A stretch of 47,116 nt of DNA from Nemertoderma westbladi (GCA_032718475.1 JAUCBJ010000102.1:1-47116); one strand, 5' to 3'; positions 32,928 through 45,010 are shown, numbered from the stretch's first letter. Notes: generated by a model from the letters alone, not told the origin. A program made the numbers and translations.

Positions 32928-35000
32928 AAGGGAACTTAGATCCTAAAGACGAACTTAGATCCTGGAAGCGAACTTAGATGCTGGAAGCGAACTTAGAACC
33001 TGGAAGCGAACTTAGATCCTGGAAGCGAACTTAGATCCTGGAAGCGAACTTAGATCTTGGAAGTAAACTTAGAACCAATATCTGAACTTAGATCCTGTAG
33101 GCGAACTTAGATCCTGGAAGCGAACTTAGATCCTGGAAGCGAACTTAGATCCTGCATATGAACTTAGATCCTGGAAGCGAACTTAGATCCTGGAAGCGAA
33201 CTTAGAACCAAGATCTGAACTTAGATCCTGTAGGCGAACTTAGATCTTGGAAGCGAACTTAGATCATGGAAGCGAACTTAGATCCTGTAGGCGAACTTAG
33301 ATCCTGGAAGCGAACTTAGATCCTGGAAGCGAACTTAGATCCTGGTATTGAACGAACCAAGATCTGAACTTAGATCCTGTAGGCGAACTTAGATCCTGGA
33401 AGCGAACTTAGATCCTGGAAGCGAACTTAGATCCTAAAGACGAACTTAGATCCTGGAAGCGAACTTAGATGCTGGAAGCGAACTTAGAACCTGGAAGCGA
33501 ACTTAGATCCTGGAAGCGAACTTAGATCCTGGAAGTGAACTTAGATCCTGGAAGCGAACTTAGATCCTGGAAGCGAACTTAGATCCTGGAAGCGAACTTA
33601 GATCCTGGAAGCGAACTTAGATGCTGGAAGCGAACTTAGAACCTGGAAGCGAACTTAGATCCTGGAAGCGAACTTAGATCCTGGAAGTGAACTTAGACCC
33701 TGGAAGCGAACTTAGATCCTGGAAGCGAACTTAGATCCCGGAGGCGAACTTAGATCCTGGAAGCGAACTTAGATCCTGGTATTGAACGAACCAAGATCTG
33801 AACTTAGATCCTGGAGGCGAACTTAGATCCTGGAAGCGAACTTAGATCCTGGAAGCGAACTTAGATCCTGGTATTGAACGAACCAAGATCTGAACTTAGA
33901 TCCTGGAGGCGAACTTAGATCCTGGAAGCGAACTTTGATCCTGGAAGCGAACTTAGATCCTGGAAGCGAACTTAGATCCTGGAAGCGAACTTAGATCCTG
34001 GAAGCGAACTTAGATCCTGGAAGCGAACTTAGATCCTGGAAGCGAACTTAGATCTTGGAAGTAAACTTAGAACCAAGATCTGAACTTAGATCCTGGAGAC
34101 GAACTTAGATCCTGGAAGTGAACTTAGATCCTGGAAGCGAACTTAGATCCTAAAGACGAACTTAGATCCTGGAAGCGAACTTAGATGCTGGAAGCGAACT
34201 TAGAACCTGGAAGCGAACTTAGATCCTGGAAGCGAACTTAGATCCTGGAAGCGAACTTAGATCTTGGAAGTAAACTTAGAACCAATATCTGAACTTAGAT
34301 CCTGTAGGCGAACTTAGATCCTGGAAGCGAACTTAGATCCTGGAAGCGAACTTAGATCCTGCATATGAACTTAGATCCTGGAAGCGAACTTAGATCCTGT
34401 AGGCGAACTTAGATCCTGGAAGCGAACTTAGATCCTGGTATTGAACGAACCAAGATCTGAACTTAGATCCTGTAGGCGAACTTAGATCCTGGAAGCGAAC
34501 TTAGATCCTGGAAGCGAACTTAGATCCTAAAGACGAACTTAGATCCTGGAAGCGAACTTAGATGCTGGAAGCGAACTTAGAACCTGGAAGCGAACTTAGA
34601 TCCTGGAAGCGAACTTAGATCCTGGAAGTGAACTTAGATCCTGGAAGCGAACTTAGATCCTGGAAGCGAACTTAGATCCTGGAAGCGAACTTAGATCCTG
34701 GAAGCTAACTTAGATGCTGGAAGCGAACTTAGAACCTGGAAGCGAACTTAGATCCTGGAAGCGAACTTAGATCCTGGAAGTGAACTTAGATCCTGGAAGC
34801 GAACTTAGATCCTGGAAGCGAACTTAGATCCCGGAGGCGAACTTAGATCCTGGAAGCGAACTTAGATCCTGGTATTGAACGAACCAAGATCTGAACTTAG
34901 ATCCTGGAGGCGAACTTAGATCCTGGAAGCGAACTTAGATCCTGGAAGCGAACTTAGATCCTGGAAGCGAACTTAGATCCTGGAAGCGAACTTAGATCCT
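32928..35000. repeat. 19-bp satellite, right block
   Basis: Same unit resumes in register after the transposon. Confidence 0.98.
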
Positions 35001-35101
35001 AATTAAAATTCATGTTGGGGAATGTGGCGAGTAAAATATTAAACGATAAAACAAAGGAAGGACTGTCAGCCACAGGTATGAAAAAATAGGTAATTAGGCC
35101 T

Positions 35102-35142
35102 AGCAGACGTTTCGGAAGCCAATGGCTATCTTTATCAATGCT
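35102..35142 (-). ncRNA. Minimal type I hammerhead ribozyme, U3-A8 core variant
   Basis: Minus strand AGCA-UUGAUAA-AGAUAGCC-AUU-GGCUUCC-GAAA-CG-UC-UGCU: helix I AGCA/UGCU, helix II AGCC/GGCU extended, palindromic ACGU helix III, GUC cleavage triplet. Same sense as the Penelope ORF. Confidence 0.8.
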
Positions 35143-35149
35143 TAATTTA

Positions 35150-35820
35150 TGTATGCTACAGCGCACATACAACAACTACAACTCACATATACAGAATAAT
35201 AATAAAGTATATACCATAAACAGTAGGCCTACACATATACAAAGCAGATACAGTATAATATAAATGAATGCACAGTACACGACAACTGCAACGCATATAT
35301 ACAGTATAATAATAAGGTATAAACACTAAACATTACACATATACAAAGCACATACAGTATAATATAAACGCATACACCGTACACAACAACTACAACGCAC
35401 ATATACAGTAAAATAATAAAGAATAAACACTAAACAGTACACATATACAACGCCCATATACAGTAAAAATAATAAAGAATAAACACTAAACAGTACACAT
35501 ATACAATGCACATATACAGTAAAATAATAAAGAATAAACACTAAACAGTACACATATACAACGCACATATACAGTAAAAATAATAAAGAATAAACACTAA
35601 ACAGTACACATATACAACGCACATATACAGTAAAATAATAAAGAATAAACACTAAACAGTACACATATACGTATACGACGCACATACAGTATAATATAAA
35701 CAGTACACAACACCTACAACGCACATATACAGTAAAGTAATAAAGAATAAACACTAAACAGTACACATATACAGCGTGTATGACATACAGTATAATATAG
35801 ATGAATAAACAGAGGCACAA
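35150..35820. repeat. ~55-bp AC-rich minisatellite in the Penelope 3' region
   Basis: acaacgcacatatacagtaaaataataaagaataaacactaaacagtacacatat repeated, with degenerate flanking copies. Confidence 0.9.
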
Positions 35821-35822
35821 TT

Positions 35823-38033
35823 AGGTAACCGATAGAGCGTTTACGATCGCTGGAATGCAGCAACCGGATAACATGGTACCTGAGTTCCTATTGATTGAGT
35901 CATCGTGCTCTGGTATTGGTAACGTGGGCCAAGGTCTTGACATCACCAAAACCAGGGTTGCAGTTACCATGGGAACCGAAAGCTGAGTTCTGGGAACTGC
36001 GCTGCCATCCCTTGCGGTGTTGTTCTACCCTGTCACTTAGCTCTTGATTGGTCTCTCCCACATACCTACCCCCACAGGAGCACACAATGGAGTAAACAAC
36101 ACCAGACACTTGTTCGGGTGGAAGCAAGTGTTTGGTTTTGTTACAGAGAGACCGACCGAGGGTGTTAACGGGCTTAGATACTAAGTTAATGCCAATCTTT
36201 TTGGCTTCACGTTTAAGTACAAAGAAAAGGGGCCCAATGAAGGGTATGGAAACATAATAAAGGACGCCCTTACATGGGGGTGCTGGTAGAGCCCTAGCCT
36301 TTATAATCTCGTTTTTGCGCACTTGACTGATTGTATCTGAAATTAAATTATGCGGATAGCCGTATAACTTGAATTTATGGAGAATGAAATCTAATTCATT
36401 ATAAAGTAACGACGTAGAACTGCAGTAGCGGACAGCGCGCAGAACATCAGCACGAATGGCGGCTACTTTGTATTTCGGTTCGCAAAAAGAATGACATGGC
36501 ACAACTTGGTTAGTATTACAGGCCTTCCTAAACACCCTTGTAATAAAGCAATCATTACCCCTTTCAATAAGAATGTCAAGAAAAGCAATGGTTTTATTTA
36601 CTTCCAACTCTACAGTAACTTGGATATTGGGGTGTTTCCTGTTTAGGCTGTCAACCCAATTTGAAAGACATTCGTGAGAACCGAAGAATGCAGCCAGGTA
36701 GTCGTCTGCGAAACGACAGATAAACCCAATCCGTCCTCCGACATCGACGGCCCTCAGTTCCAGGTCCTCCTCCCAATGGCCCATGTAATGATCAGAGGCA
36801 GGTGGAGAGTAACTTTTGCCCATAGCGAACCCGCGTTTTTGTCTATACCAGCGTTCCTTGTCACCAACCGTAACTACAATGTGAGTATTATCAGTAGACA
36901 GCCTGAGAAAATCAACGACTTGTGTTGGCGAAAGTGCTGAGACCCCCGCCAATTCATCGCTGTGAGCTTCAAGTCGCTCTTGGATAACCGGAAGAGCCTC
37001 CTCTACCGGTATGGAAGGGAACATGGTGGTGACATCTAGGGATAATAAAATGCAGGAACCAGCTAGGTGGTTGTGGTTTCTGAGGATTTCGAGAACCTCG
37101 AATGGGCTACTAATAGACATACGAGGTTTAGGGAGAATTTGAAGACATTTCGTTAAATGTAGATTCATATTACGGTCAACGCCTCGGTAGCCTGGACAAA
37201 TAGGTCTCAGTTTAAGATTATCAATCCAAAACTTGCGTTCCTCCTCATTACGTGGTGGACAATCGAATTTATGAGTTTTCACAAGGGCGTAGAATGGGGC
37301 AGCGCGACCATGGGTTAGGCGAAGCTTCCGGTACTGTATGTCGTTCAGGGTCAACGGATTTTAGCCAATCATCACGTTTCCTGCCAGTTGTAGGGGGTCC
37401 TGCGAGCGCCGTTAGTAGTAAATTCCGGAAGGTTTTAACATACTTGGGAGAGGGATCTACTGGTAGCCTCTCATAAAGATGAGGTTTTAAATCACGGGTG
37501 ACAGTGTCCTCATAATCCTTTCTGTCGAGAACCACCAAGGTTCGAGCTTTATCCGCACTAACACAAACCCGGTTGCGATCCTTAGCCAATTTATAGATTG
37601 TCGAATTAAATTCCATTTGGTCTTTGTTAATTGGAGAGGAAAGTTTAGAGAGCTTCGTCATCATCCGAGCAGCAGTATTCTGGAAATGGAGAATGGACTC
37701 ACTGGTAATGTTTGGGTTAGCATTCCAGGTGGCCAACTCAACCGCCCGCTGGCATCCGACTGTGAGATCCAGAACAGGGAACTTCTCCTTAGGTGGCAAA
37801 GAGAACTTAGGTCCATGGGCCAAAGCACATGACTCGGCCAGACTCAAAGGGGTCTCCGACAAGTTTATGACAGTTTGAGTGTCTGATGGTGGGTTCCAAT
37901 TACCGCGACGTTGAGTAAAGGTAAGGTTTTGGTCGATGAGTAAACCGTTAAACTTCTTCTCTTTAATAGTTTGACTCCTAGTGAACTCGCGGGAGTAAGA
38001 GCGTTGAGCTTGATCTTCCAACAAATTAATAAG
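35823..38033 (-). pseudogene. Penelope RT/GIY-YIG polyprotein with lesions
   Basis: VINLSETPLS..LAHGPKF, ADKARTLVVLD, FYALVKTHK, LSLDVTTMFPSIP, GFAMGKSYSP, RFADD, FLDI, GVVYSIVCSCGGRYVGET. Frameshift at ~37335, TGA at 35900, terminal SINRNSG in another frame. Confidence 0.9.
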
Positions 38034-38047
38034 TTTATGATACAACC

Positions 38048-39688
38048 ATGGTCGTAAATATGATAGCCAACAACCTACCCAAGGGCAATGTAGGAAACAG
38101 GTGGGATAAACATGTCCTCCATCTGGAACGTAGCCAAAATAGAGAACCAAAAATGCAAGATTTTACCAAATTCCTGAAGGAAGAAGTAAAACTGCAATTG
38201 ATGCGTGACCAAAGGGAACGCAATGAACCAAAGGTCAGTGAAAGGTTTGTGACCAGAAAGCGAGGAACTGTATACCATGTAGACAGTGAAAGCTATTCAT
38301 CGCCAGGTGAGGATATGGGTAGGGATAGTGCGAGTGAAGTATATTATACTAAACCGACTGGTAAGCTGAGGACTGGACCAAGTACACCACCTAAATCCGG
38401 TCAAGTTAGTTACAAATCTAGTGCCCCTAGTAGAGACAAGCATTCCGGAGCCGACACTTATCCCTTGAAGGTGCAAAATGTACAATCTAATACAGACAGT
38501 CTGTCTACACGAAATTGCTCTTTATGTAAGGAGACGCACCGACTATCACGTTGCCCAGAATTTTTCAAGAAAACGCTTAAGGAAAGAAGGGCTACTGTGA
38601 GGTCACTTGGACTCTGTTTCGTTTGTTTACAATCTGGACATTTGAGAAACAAATGTCGGTTTGAAACAAAATGTCCCAAATGTAGTGAAAGACATCATGC
38701 TCTGTTACATATAGATCAACCTAAGGTAAGGGACCCAGAATATCATGTTCAATTTAGCGACTGCTATGACTCGAACACCTCATCTGATGCGGCGGATTTT
38801 TTCCCCGGAGAATTTTCTGATGAGGATGAATTGTGTAATATGTGTCATTCAGCCATATACAAGGCACTAACATATGAAACTCCATCAGACACTAATGATG
38901 ATGAACTAAACAACCCAGCTCATGAGCAGGTGAGTAAGCGCATCCATCGACCCAAATATGGTATCCGTGAATTTCCTGTGGTCCAACTTCGTTTGCACAC
39001 ACCCCACTCCAGTGTCATTATAAATGCACTCATGGACACAGGTAGTACCGGAACATTTATTGATGAAGATTTAGCCAACATCTTGTTTAGAGACAAATAC
39101 AAATTCCCCATGAAACTGCAACTATCAGGAATTATGCAAGTATGGAAGTCGACAGTTAGTACTAACTATTGCAAGGGAGCTCTATCAACACCATGGGATA
39201 TTAATGGTAAGGACTGTTTGAGAAACATCAAAATGGTAGCCATCCCCAATTTTGCTCGCAGCCAAGCTGGCTTATATAATTGGGATGAAGACAACCTTAT
39301 TCAACAATTCAAAGTCCCTCGATATCCAGTTGACTATCCGGGAGTGCAAATGCTTATTGGGCAGAATGCTCATGAAGCACTTGAAACACTCGAGAAACGA
39401 CCACCACATCCTCTGCCTTTGACGACTTATGCCGGAAGGACAAGGATCGGCTGGTTTTGTACTGGACCATCAGCTAAAACTTTGGCTGAACGAGAGAGCC
39501 GATCTGAAACCCTTCAATGTAACATGACTACCAAGTGTTCAATTTTTGAGGAAACAGATGAATTTGACCTCCAGTCTGATTCACTCAGTGAGCCTTCATC
39601 AAACAATGATGATGAACGAGTCTTCTATGATTGTGAAGAAGCTAGTCGACATGTTACTACATCAACAGGAGATATGTCATTTCACTAA
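38048..39688 (+). CDS. gag: BEL/Pao gag C-terminus plus aspartic protease
   Basis: CSLCKETHRLSRC, CFVCLQSGHLRNKC, CPKCSERHHALLH, NALMDTGSTGTFI, MLIGQN, TRIGW. Confidence 0.93.
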   Translation: MVVNMIANNLPKGNVGNRWDKHVLHLERSQNREPKMQDFTKFLKEEVKLQLMRDQRERNEPKVSERFVTRKRGTVYHVDSESYSSPGEDMGRDSASEVYYTKPTGKLRTGPSTPPKSGQVSYKSSAPSRDKHSGADTYPLKVQNVQSNTDSLSTRNCSLCKETHRLSRCPEFFKKTLKERRATVRSLGLCFVCLQSGHLRNKCRFETKCPKCSERHHALLHIDQPKVRDPEYHVQFSDCYDSNTSSDAADFFPGEFSDEDELCNMCHSAIYKALTYETPSDTNDDELNNPAHEQVSKRIHRPKYGIREFPVVQLRLHTPHSSVIINALMDTGSTGTFIDEDLANILFRDKYKFPMKLQLSGIMQVWKSTVSTNYCKGALSTPWDINGKDCLRNIKMVAIPNFARSQAGLYNWDEDNLIQQFKVPRYPVDYPGVQMLIGQNAHEALETLEKRPPHPLPLTTYAGRTRIGWFCTGPSAKTLAERESRSETLQCNMTTKCSIFEETDEFDLQSDSLSEPSSNNDDERVFYDCEEASRHVTTSTGDMSFH

Positions 39689-42600
39689 ATGGACCTCTTC
39701 ACCAGACACTTACGATGACTTAAGTGAAGCTGCAGATAAGTTACGTCAGAATATTCTTGATGAACATATCAGAGCATGGATGTCACAAGATGCTATGGAA
39801 CCCAACTCATTTGATAAAGCACTGTCTGTGCAAGAGGAACGCGCCATCCATATTCAAAAATCCACAACTAAATTTCTTCCAGAAGAAGGACGGCATGAGA
39901 TAGGTCTCCTGTGGAAGAATGGTAAACCAGTGTTCCATAATAATAGGACATTAGCAGTAAAGCGAGCAGCCCAACTGAAGAAACGCCTAAAGGCCAACCC
40001 GATGGCTCATCAGATGTATAATACACAGATGAATAAATATATCGACAATGGTTATGCTGAAAGGGTCCCGAATGTTCTGGAAACCACGGACCGAACATAT
40101 TATTTAACACATCACTATGTGGAGAGAGCAGACAAACCCAACCAAGTACGTGTTGTCTTTGATGGGTCAGCACTATTCCGAGGTCAATCACTCAATACTG
40201 AATTGATGCCAGGCCCAAACTTCTTACGACAACTGTTAGGTATTTTAATCAGATTGCGCCAATATTCAATTGCTTTCGCTTCTGATATAGAAGGGATGTT
40301 TTTGCAGGTGAAATCCTTAGTTGAGGATCGTGATAGCCTCCGATTCTTATGGTGGCCTGATGGAGATCTGTCTAAGGAGCCACTGGAATATTGCATGGCG
40401 ATACAAGCATTTGGTATTATATCAAGTCCCTCAAATGCGTGCTCCATTATACGAACCACTGCCCATCATAATCGAAAGGACTTCTCCCCAGCTGTCATTG
40501 AGAACATAGAAAGGGACATTTATATGGATGATAATCTTAAGTCGGTGCCAACTGTTGCAGAGGCCATCAGTGTTGCACATGGCACTGTTGACTGTCTGAA
40601 GAGAGGTGGATTTCATTTAACGAAGTTTACCAGCAATAGCCGAGAGTTGCTCGAATCTATTGACCCTGCTGAGAGAGGAAATAAGGAACTAGACCTAGTT
40701 AGGGACGAGTTACCTGATACTAAAACATTGGGTCTTAAATGGTTAACAGAAACAGATGAGATGTGTTTCAAGTTGAAAATAAGACCTGAACGTGTGCGGA
40801 CAAAGCGCATCTGCCTAAGTATTCTCAGTAGTTACTTTGATCCGATTGGGTTCATTAGCCCTGTCATTCTTACAGCAAGAGGACTCGTTCAGGAAATGTG
40901 GACTGAGAACAACTCCTGGGATGACCCCTTGTGCGGTGACTTGTTAGCACGTTGGTATAAGTGGGAAGATTCATTGCCTGACATCGAGAGAATGAGGATT
41001 CCCCGTACTTACTTCGGACACGTACTCCCCGACTACTCCTACCAACTTCATGCATTCGGAGATGCAAGCGATATAGGCCTCGGCATTGTGGCATATTTTC
41101 GGGTCCAAACACCTACAGATGTCCGTGTCTCCCTAGTCGCATCGAAAGCACTAATTTCCAATAAGTTAACACCCCCTCGAGCTGAGTTGAAGGCGGCACT
41201 TTACTCCTCCCAAATTGCGAGGAACATTCTAGAACAAACGACATATAAAATCGAGAAAACCTACTATTGGACTGATGCTGTACTTGTACTCGAATATTTG
41301 ACCAATCATGTCTGTCAATTTAGCGTGTTTATAACCAACCGAGTGAAAAAGATCTTGAGCCGAAGTACTGAAGAACAATGGCGGCATTGCCCAGGAATCT
41401 TAAACCCGGCCGATATCGCATCTCGAGGAGCAACTCCCCAAGAACTTATATCGACCTCTTGTTGGTTAGGCGGGCCTGAATTTTTAAAGAAACCAGAGTC
41501 TGAGTGGCCCCGTAACCTCTCTACTGCAGAAATTAGAGCTGCTAAGGGTGCAGAAATTGTAAGACCTCGAAAAAATTACATAAAGTCCAAATTATTCCGT
41601 CCATTGGACATGTCAGTCTTGTTAACAGATGGGGAGCTCACAGATGTGGACGAACCTCTGGATCAATCTGATTATAGGCCTACCGGTACCTCAGTTAAAG
41701 AATCAGGAAATGATCTTCGAGGGTTACTAAATGAAAGTAATACGGTGAGTGACTCAGCCCTACCCTGGGTCAATAACGACCGTCCAAATCTAAAACCAGG
41801 TTTATCGCCTCTAATAATTAATGCTCTGAACCACTACAGTTCTTGGCATCGCCTGTGTAAGGCATTAACTTACTTGAAGAGGTGTTTCCATATAAAGTAT
41901 TCGGTTAGAAAGGACGTTGCACTAGCTCAAGACTTGAAAATTATTTTGTCAAAACCATTAAATAAACAGCCAGGTAAGAAACTCTTTTACCCCCTTTTCG
42001 ACTCAGATGGTAAGAGAATTGTGTCTGCTAATAAGGTTAGGAAAATTAGACAGAAGGTCACAGGTGAGGAGTTGGAAACAACCAACAAACAAGTATTGAG
42101 GCTTATGCAAGCCCATGATGACCCACTGAAATACAAGAAACTAATTGACAACCCTGACATGCGGTTACCTGACAAATTTACAAGCACCATGTTAGATGGA
42201 CTCATACGAGTGGGTGGACGCTTGACAAATGCCCCCATCTCGGTTGACACTATGTACCCCATCATAGTGTCTCAACCGAAAATACAACGGATGCTTATTC
42301 AGGATATACATACCAATCTGTATCACGCAGGGCGTGAACGTATACTGAGTGAAATTCGGACAAGGTATTATTTAGTCAAACCACGGAAGGCTTTACATAA
42401 GGTACTTCGTAACTGTATACCTTGTAGGCGCTTATACAGTCAGCCACTGACTCAGAGGGAGGCCGAATTACCAAAAGAACGGGTAAGTGGTTACGAGCCC
42501 CCATTTACCAACACGGGAGTCGACCTCTTTGGGCCGATTGAGGTGAAACGAGCACGCACAATGATCAAGCGCTGGTGTGTTATTTTTGTATGTCTCACTT

Positions 42601-43502
42601 GTAGAGCTATACACTTAGACATAGTAAATGACCTTTCAATGGCTAGTTTCCTGTTATGCCTGCGTCGTCAGATTGCGCGCTTTGGCACAAGCCAGACGAT
42701 CCGTTCTGATAAGGGAACAAATTTTATTGGTGCTAACAATGAAATTTCCACTTATGTAGATTAATGGAATGAGGAGCAACTAGAGGAACAACTCAAGGTG
42801 ACTGCTTCCTCCTGGAGATTTAATGCAGCTGATGCTCCTTGGTGGGGAGGCAGTTGGGAGAGACTGATCCGGAGTGTCAAGACCGCCTTCCACCACGTAG
42901 TACCCTGTCAGACACCGCTGAATGATGAATTGCTCCGCACCCTATTAGAAGAAATAGCAGCATATCTTAACGACAGACCTCTCATGCCCATTTCTTCGGA
43001 GCCGAAATCCTTAGAAGCACTGACACCTGCACATTTTTTACTGAAAAAGCCAGTAGTAATGTTGCCAGTGTCTAAACCAGAGCAGGGTGATGAGTATTTG
43101 CGCACCAAGTGGCAACTGATGCAGTTACTCTCGGAAAGATTTACCATTCACTTCGAGAGATATTACCTGCCAACCATACAGTTGCGCACCAAATGGTTTG
43201 CCGAGAAGAAAAATGTCAAAGTCAATGACATGATACTCCTGATGGATAAGGATTTGCCACGTAAGAAATGGCAAACAGGTCGGATCAGCAAAATCCACAT
43301 TTCCGACGATGGTCTTGTGCGAGCAGTTGACATTATTGTCATGCGTCGCAAAACCAAAGCAAAGGGAATCAAATTTGAGCCACAGACTCTTCATCGCCCT
43401 ATTGGCCGGCTATGCTTATTAGAAATGGCACGGGAGGAGTCTGGAAACTATGGCAAACAGGAAGTGAGACCTGAGGATTTGAACTACCTAATTACCGAAT
43501 AA
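39546..43502 (+). pseudogene. pol: BEL/Pao pol (RT, RNase H, integrase) with in-frame stop at 42762
   Basis: RVVFDGS, SDIEGMFLQV, YMDD, LHAFGDAS, NPADIASRG, H..H/CIPC zinc finger, GVDLFGP, SDKGTNF, GGSWERLI, DDGLVR, RPIGRLCLLE. Confidence 0.95.
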
Positions 43503-44925
43503 ACTAATTGTAAAACGATTGAGTTCTATGTAGGTTCTCGATCGTGGGAACGGGTATTGGTTAATTCAAATAATTAGTTGTTGTAGGTATTAGTTGTAGT
43601 ATTAGATTTATTATTAAATGATAAATGTACATACTTTTTATTATATAAATAATTAAGTACGCTTTATTAACCAATTTCAATTTTAATTCACTTAAGCGCT
43701 ATTGTTAAAGTATAATTATTAATGTAATAACGTTAATGTGAAACGAGCACGCACAATGATCAAGCGCTGGTGTGTTATTTTTGTATGTCTCACTTGTAGA
43801 GCTATACACTTAGACATAGTAAATGACCTTTCAATGGCTAGTTTCCTGTTATGCCTGCGTCGTCAGATTGCGCGCTTTGGCACAAGCCAGACGATCCGTT
43901 CTGATAAGGGAACAAATTTTATTGGTGCTAACAATGAAATTTCCACTTATGTAGATAAATGGAATGAGGAGCAACTAGAGGAACAACTCAAGGTGACTGC
44001 TTCCTCCTGGAGATTTAATGCAGCTGATGCTCCTTGGTGGGGAGGCAGTTGGGAGAGACTGATCCGGAGTGTCAAGACCGCCTTCCACCACGTAGTACCC
44101 TGTCAGACACCGCTGAATGATGAATTGCTCCGCACCCTATTAGAAGAAATAGCAGCATATCTTAACGACAGACCTCTCATGCCCATTTCTTCGGAGCCGA
44201 AATCCTTAGAAGCACTGACACCTGCACATTTTTTACTGAAAAAGCCAGTAGTAATGTTGCCAGTGTCTAAACCAGAGCAGGGTGATGAGTATTTGCGCAC
44301 CAAGTGGCAACTGATGCAGTTACTCTCGGAAAGATTTACCATTCACTTCGAGAGATATTACCTGCCAACCATACAGTTGCGCACCAAATGGTTTGCCGAG
44401 AAGAAAAATGTCAAAGTCAATGACATGATACTCCTGATGGATAAGGATTTGCCACGTAAGAAATGGCAAACAGGTCGGATCAGCAAAATCCACATTTCCG
44501 ACGATGGTCTTGTGCGAGCAGTTGACATTATTGTCATGCGTCGCAAAACCAAAGCAAAGGGAATCAAATTTGAGCCACAGACTCTTCATCGCCCTATTGG
44601 CCGGCTATGCTTATTAGAAATGGCACGGGAGGAGTCTGGAAACTATGGCAAACAGGAAGTGAGACCTGAGGATTTGAACTACCTAATTACCGAATAAACT
44701 AATTGTAAAACGATTGAGTTCTATGTAGGTTCTCGATCGTGGGAACGGGTATTGGTTAATTCAAATAATTAGTTGTTGTAGGTATTAGTTGTAGTATTAG
44801 ATTTATTATTAAATGATAAATGTACATACTTTTTATTATATAAATAATTAAGTACGCTTTATTAACCAATTTCAATTTTAATTCACTTAAGCGCTATTGT
44901 TAAAGTATAATTATTAATGTAATAA
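42543..44925 (+). repeat. Direct tandem duplication, offset 1195 bp (42543-43730 and 43738-44925)
   Basis: Copies look identical except TAA versus AAA at 42762/43957. 7-nt filler cgttaat at the junction. Confidence 0.97.
43738..44697 (+). pseudogene. Duplicated partial integrase (lacks zinc finger and first catalytic Asp)
   Basis: 319-codon frame begins just after GVDLFGPIE and has no internal stop. Confidence 0.85.
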
Positions 44926-45010
44926 TTTACAAATAGCATAGGCCTAACTATAATATAATCCTCTGATCGAATTGATAGTTATATTATTAATACTGGAATC
45001 CGCCCAGAAA

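Larger units (their letters stand above)
35001..38033 (-). mobile_element. Penelope-like retroelement, 5'-truncated
   Basis: RT plus GIY-YIG ORF, a 3' tandem repeat and a hammerhead motif. Confidence 0.92.

Noticed and set aside
23673-35000. CRISPR array or repetitive protein gene
   Set aside because: Contiguous 19-bp units without unique spacers, no cas genes, eukaryotic context. The 19-nt period puts stops in all frames on both strands.
35326-35820. 164-aa hydrophobic Tyr/Val/Cys ORF
   Set aside because: Translation of the 55-bp minisatellite, with a non-ATG start.
38034-38150. N-terminus of the 293-aa Penelope ORF as listed
   Set aside because: The first ~39 codons are antisense BEL gag sequence read across the junction.
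39868-44589. Multiple short minus-strand ORFs over BEL pol
   Set aside because: Antisense shadows of the long plus-strand coding frame, with no motifs.
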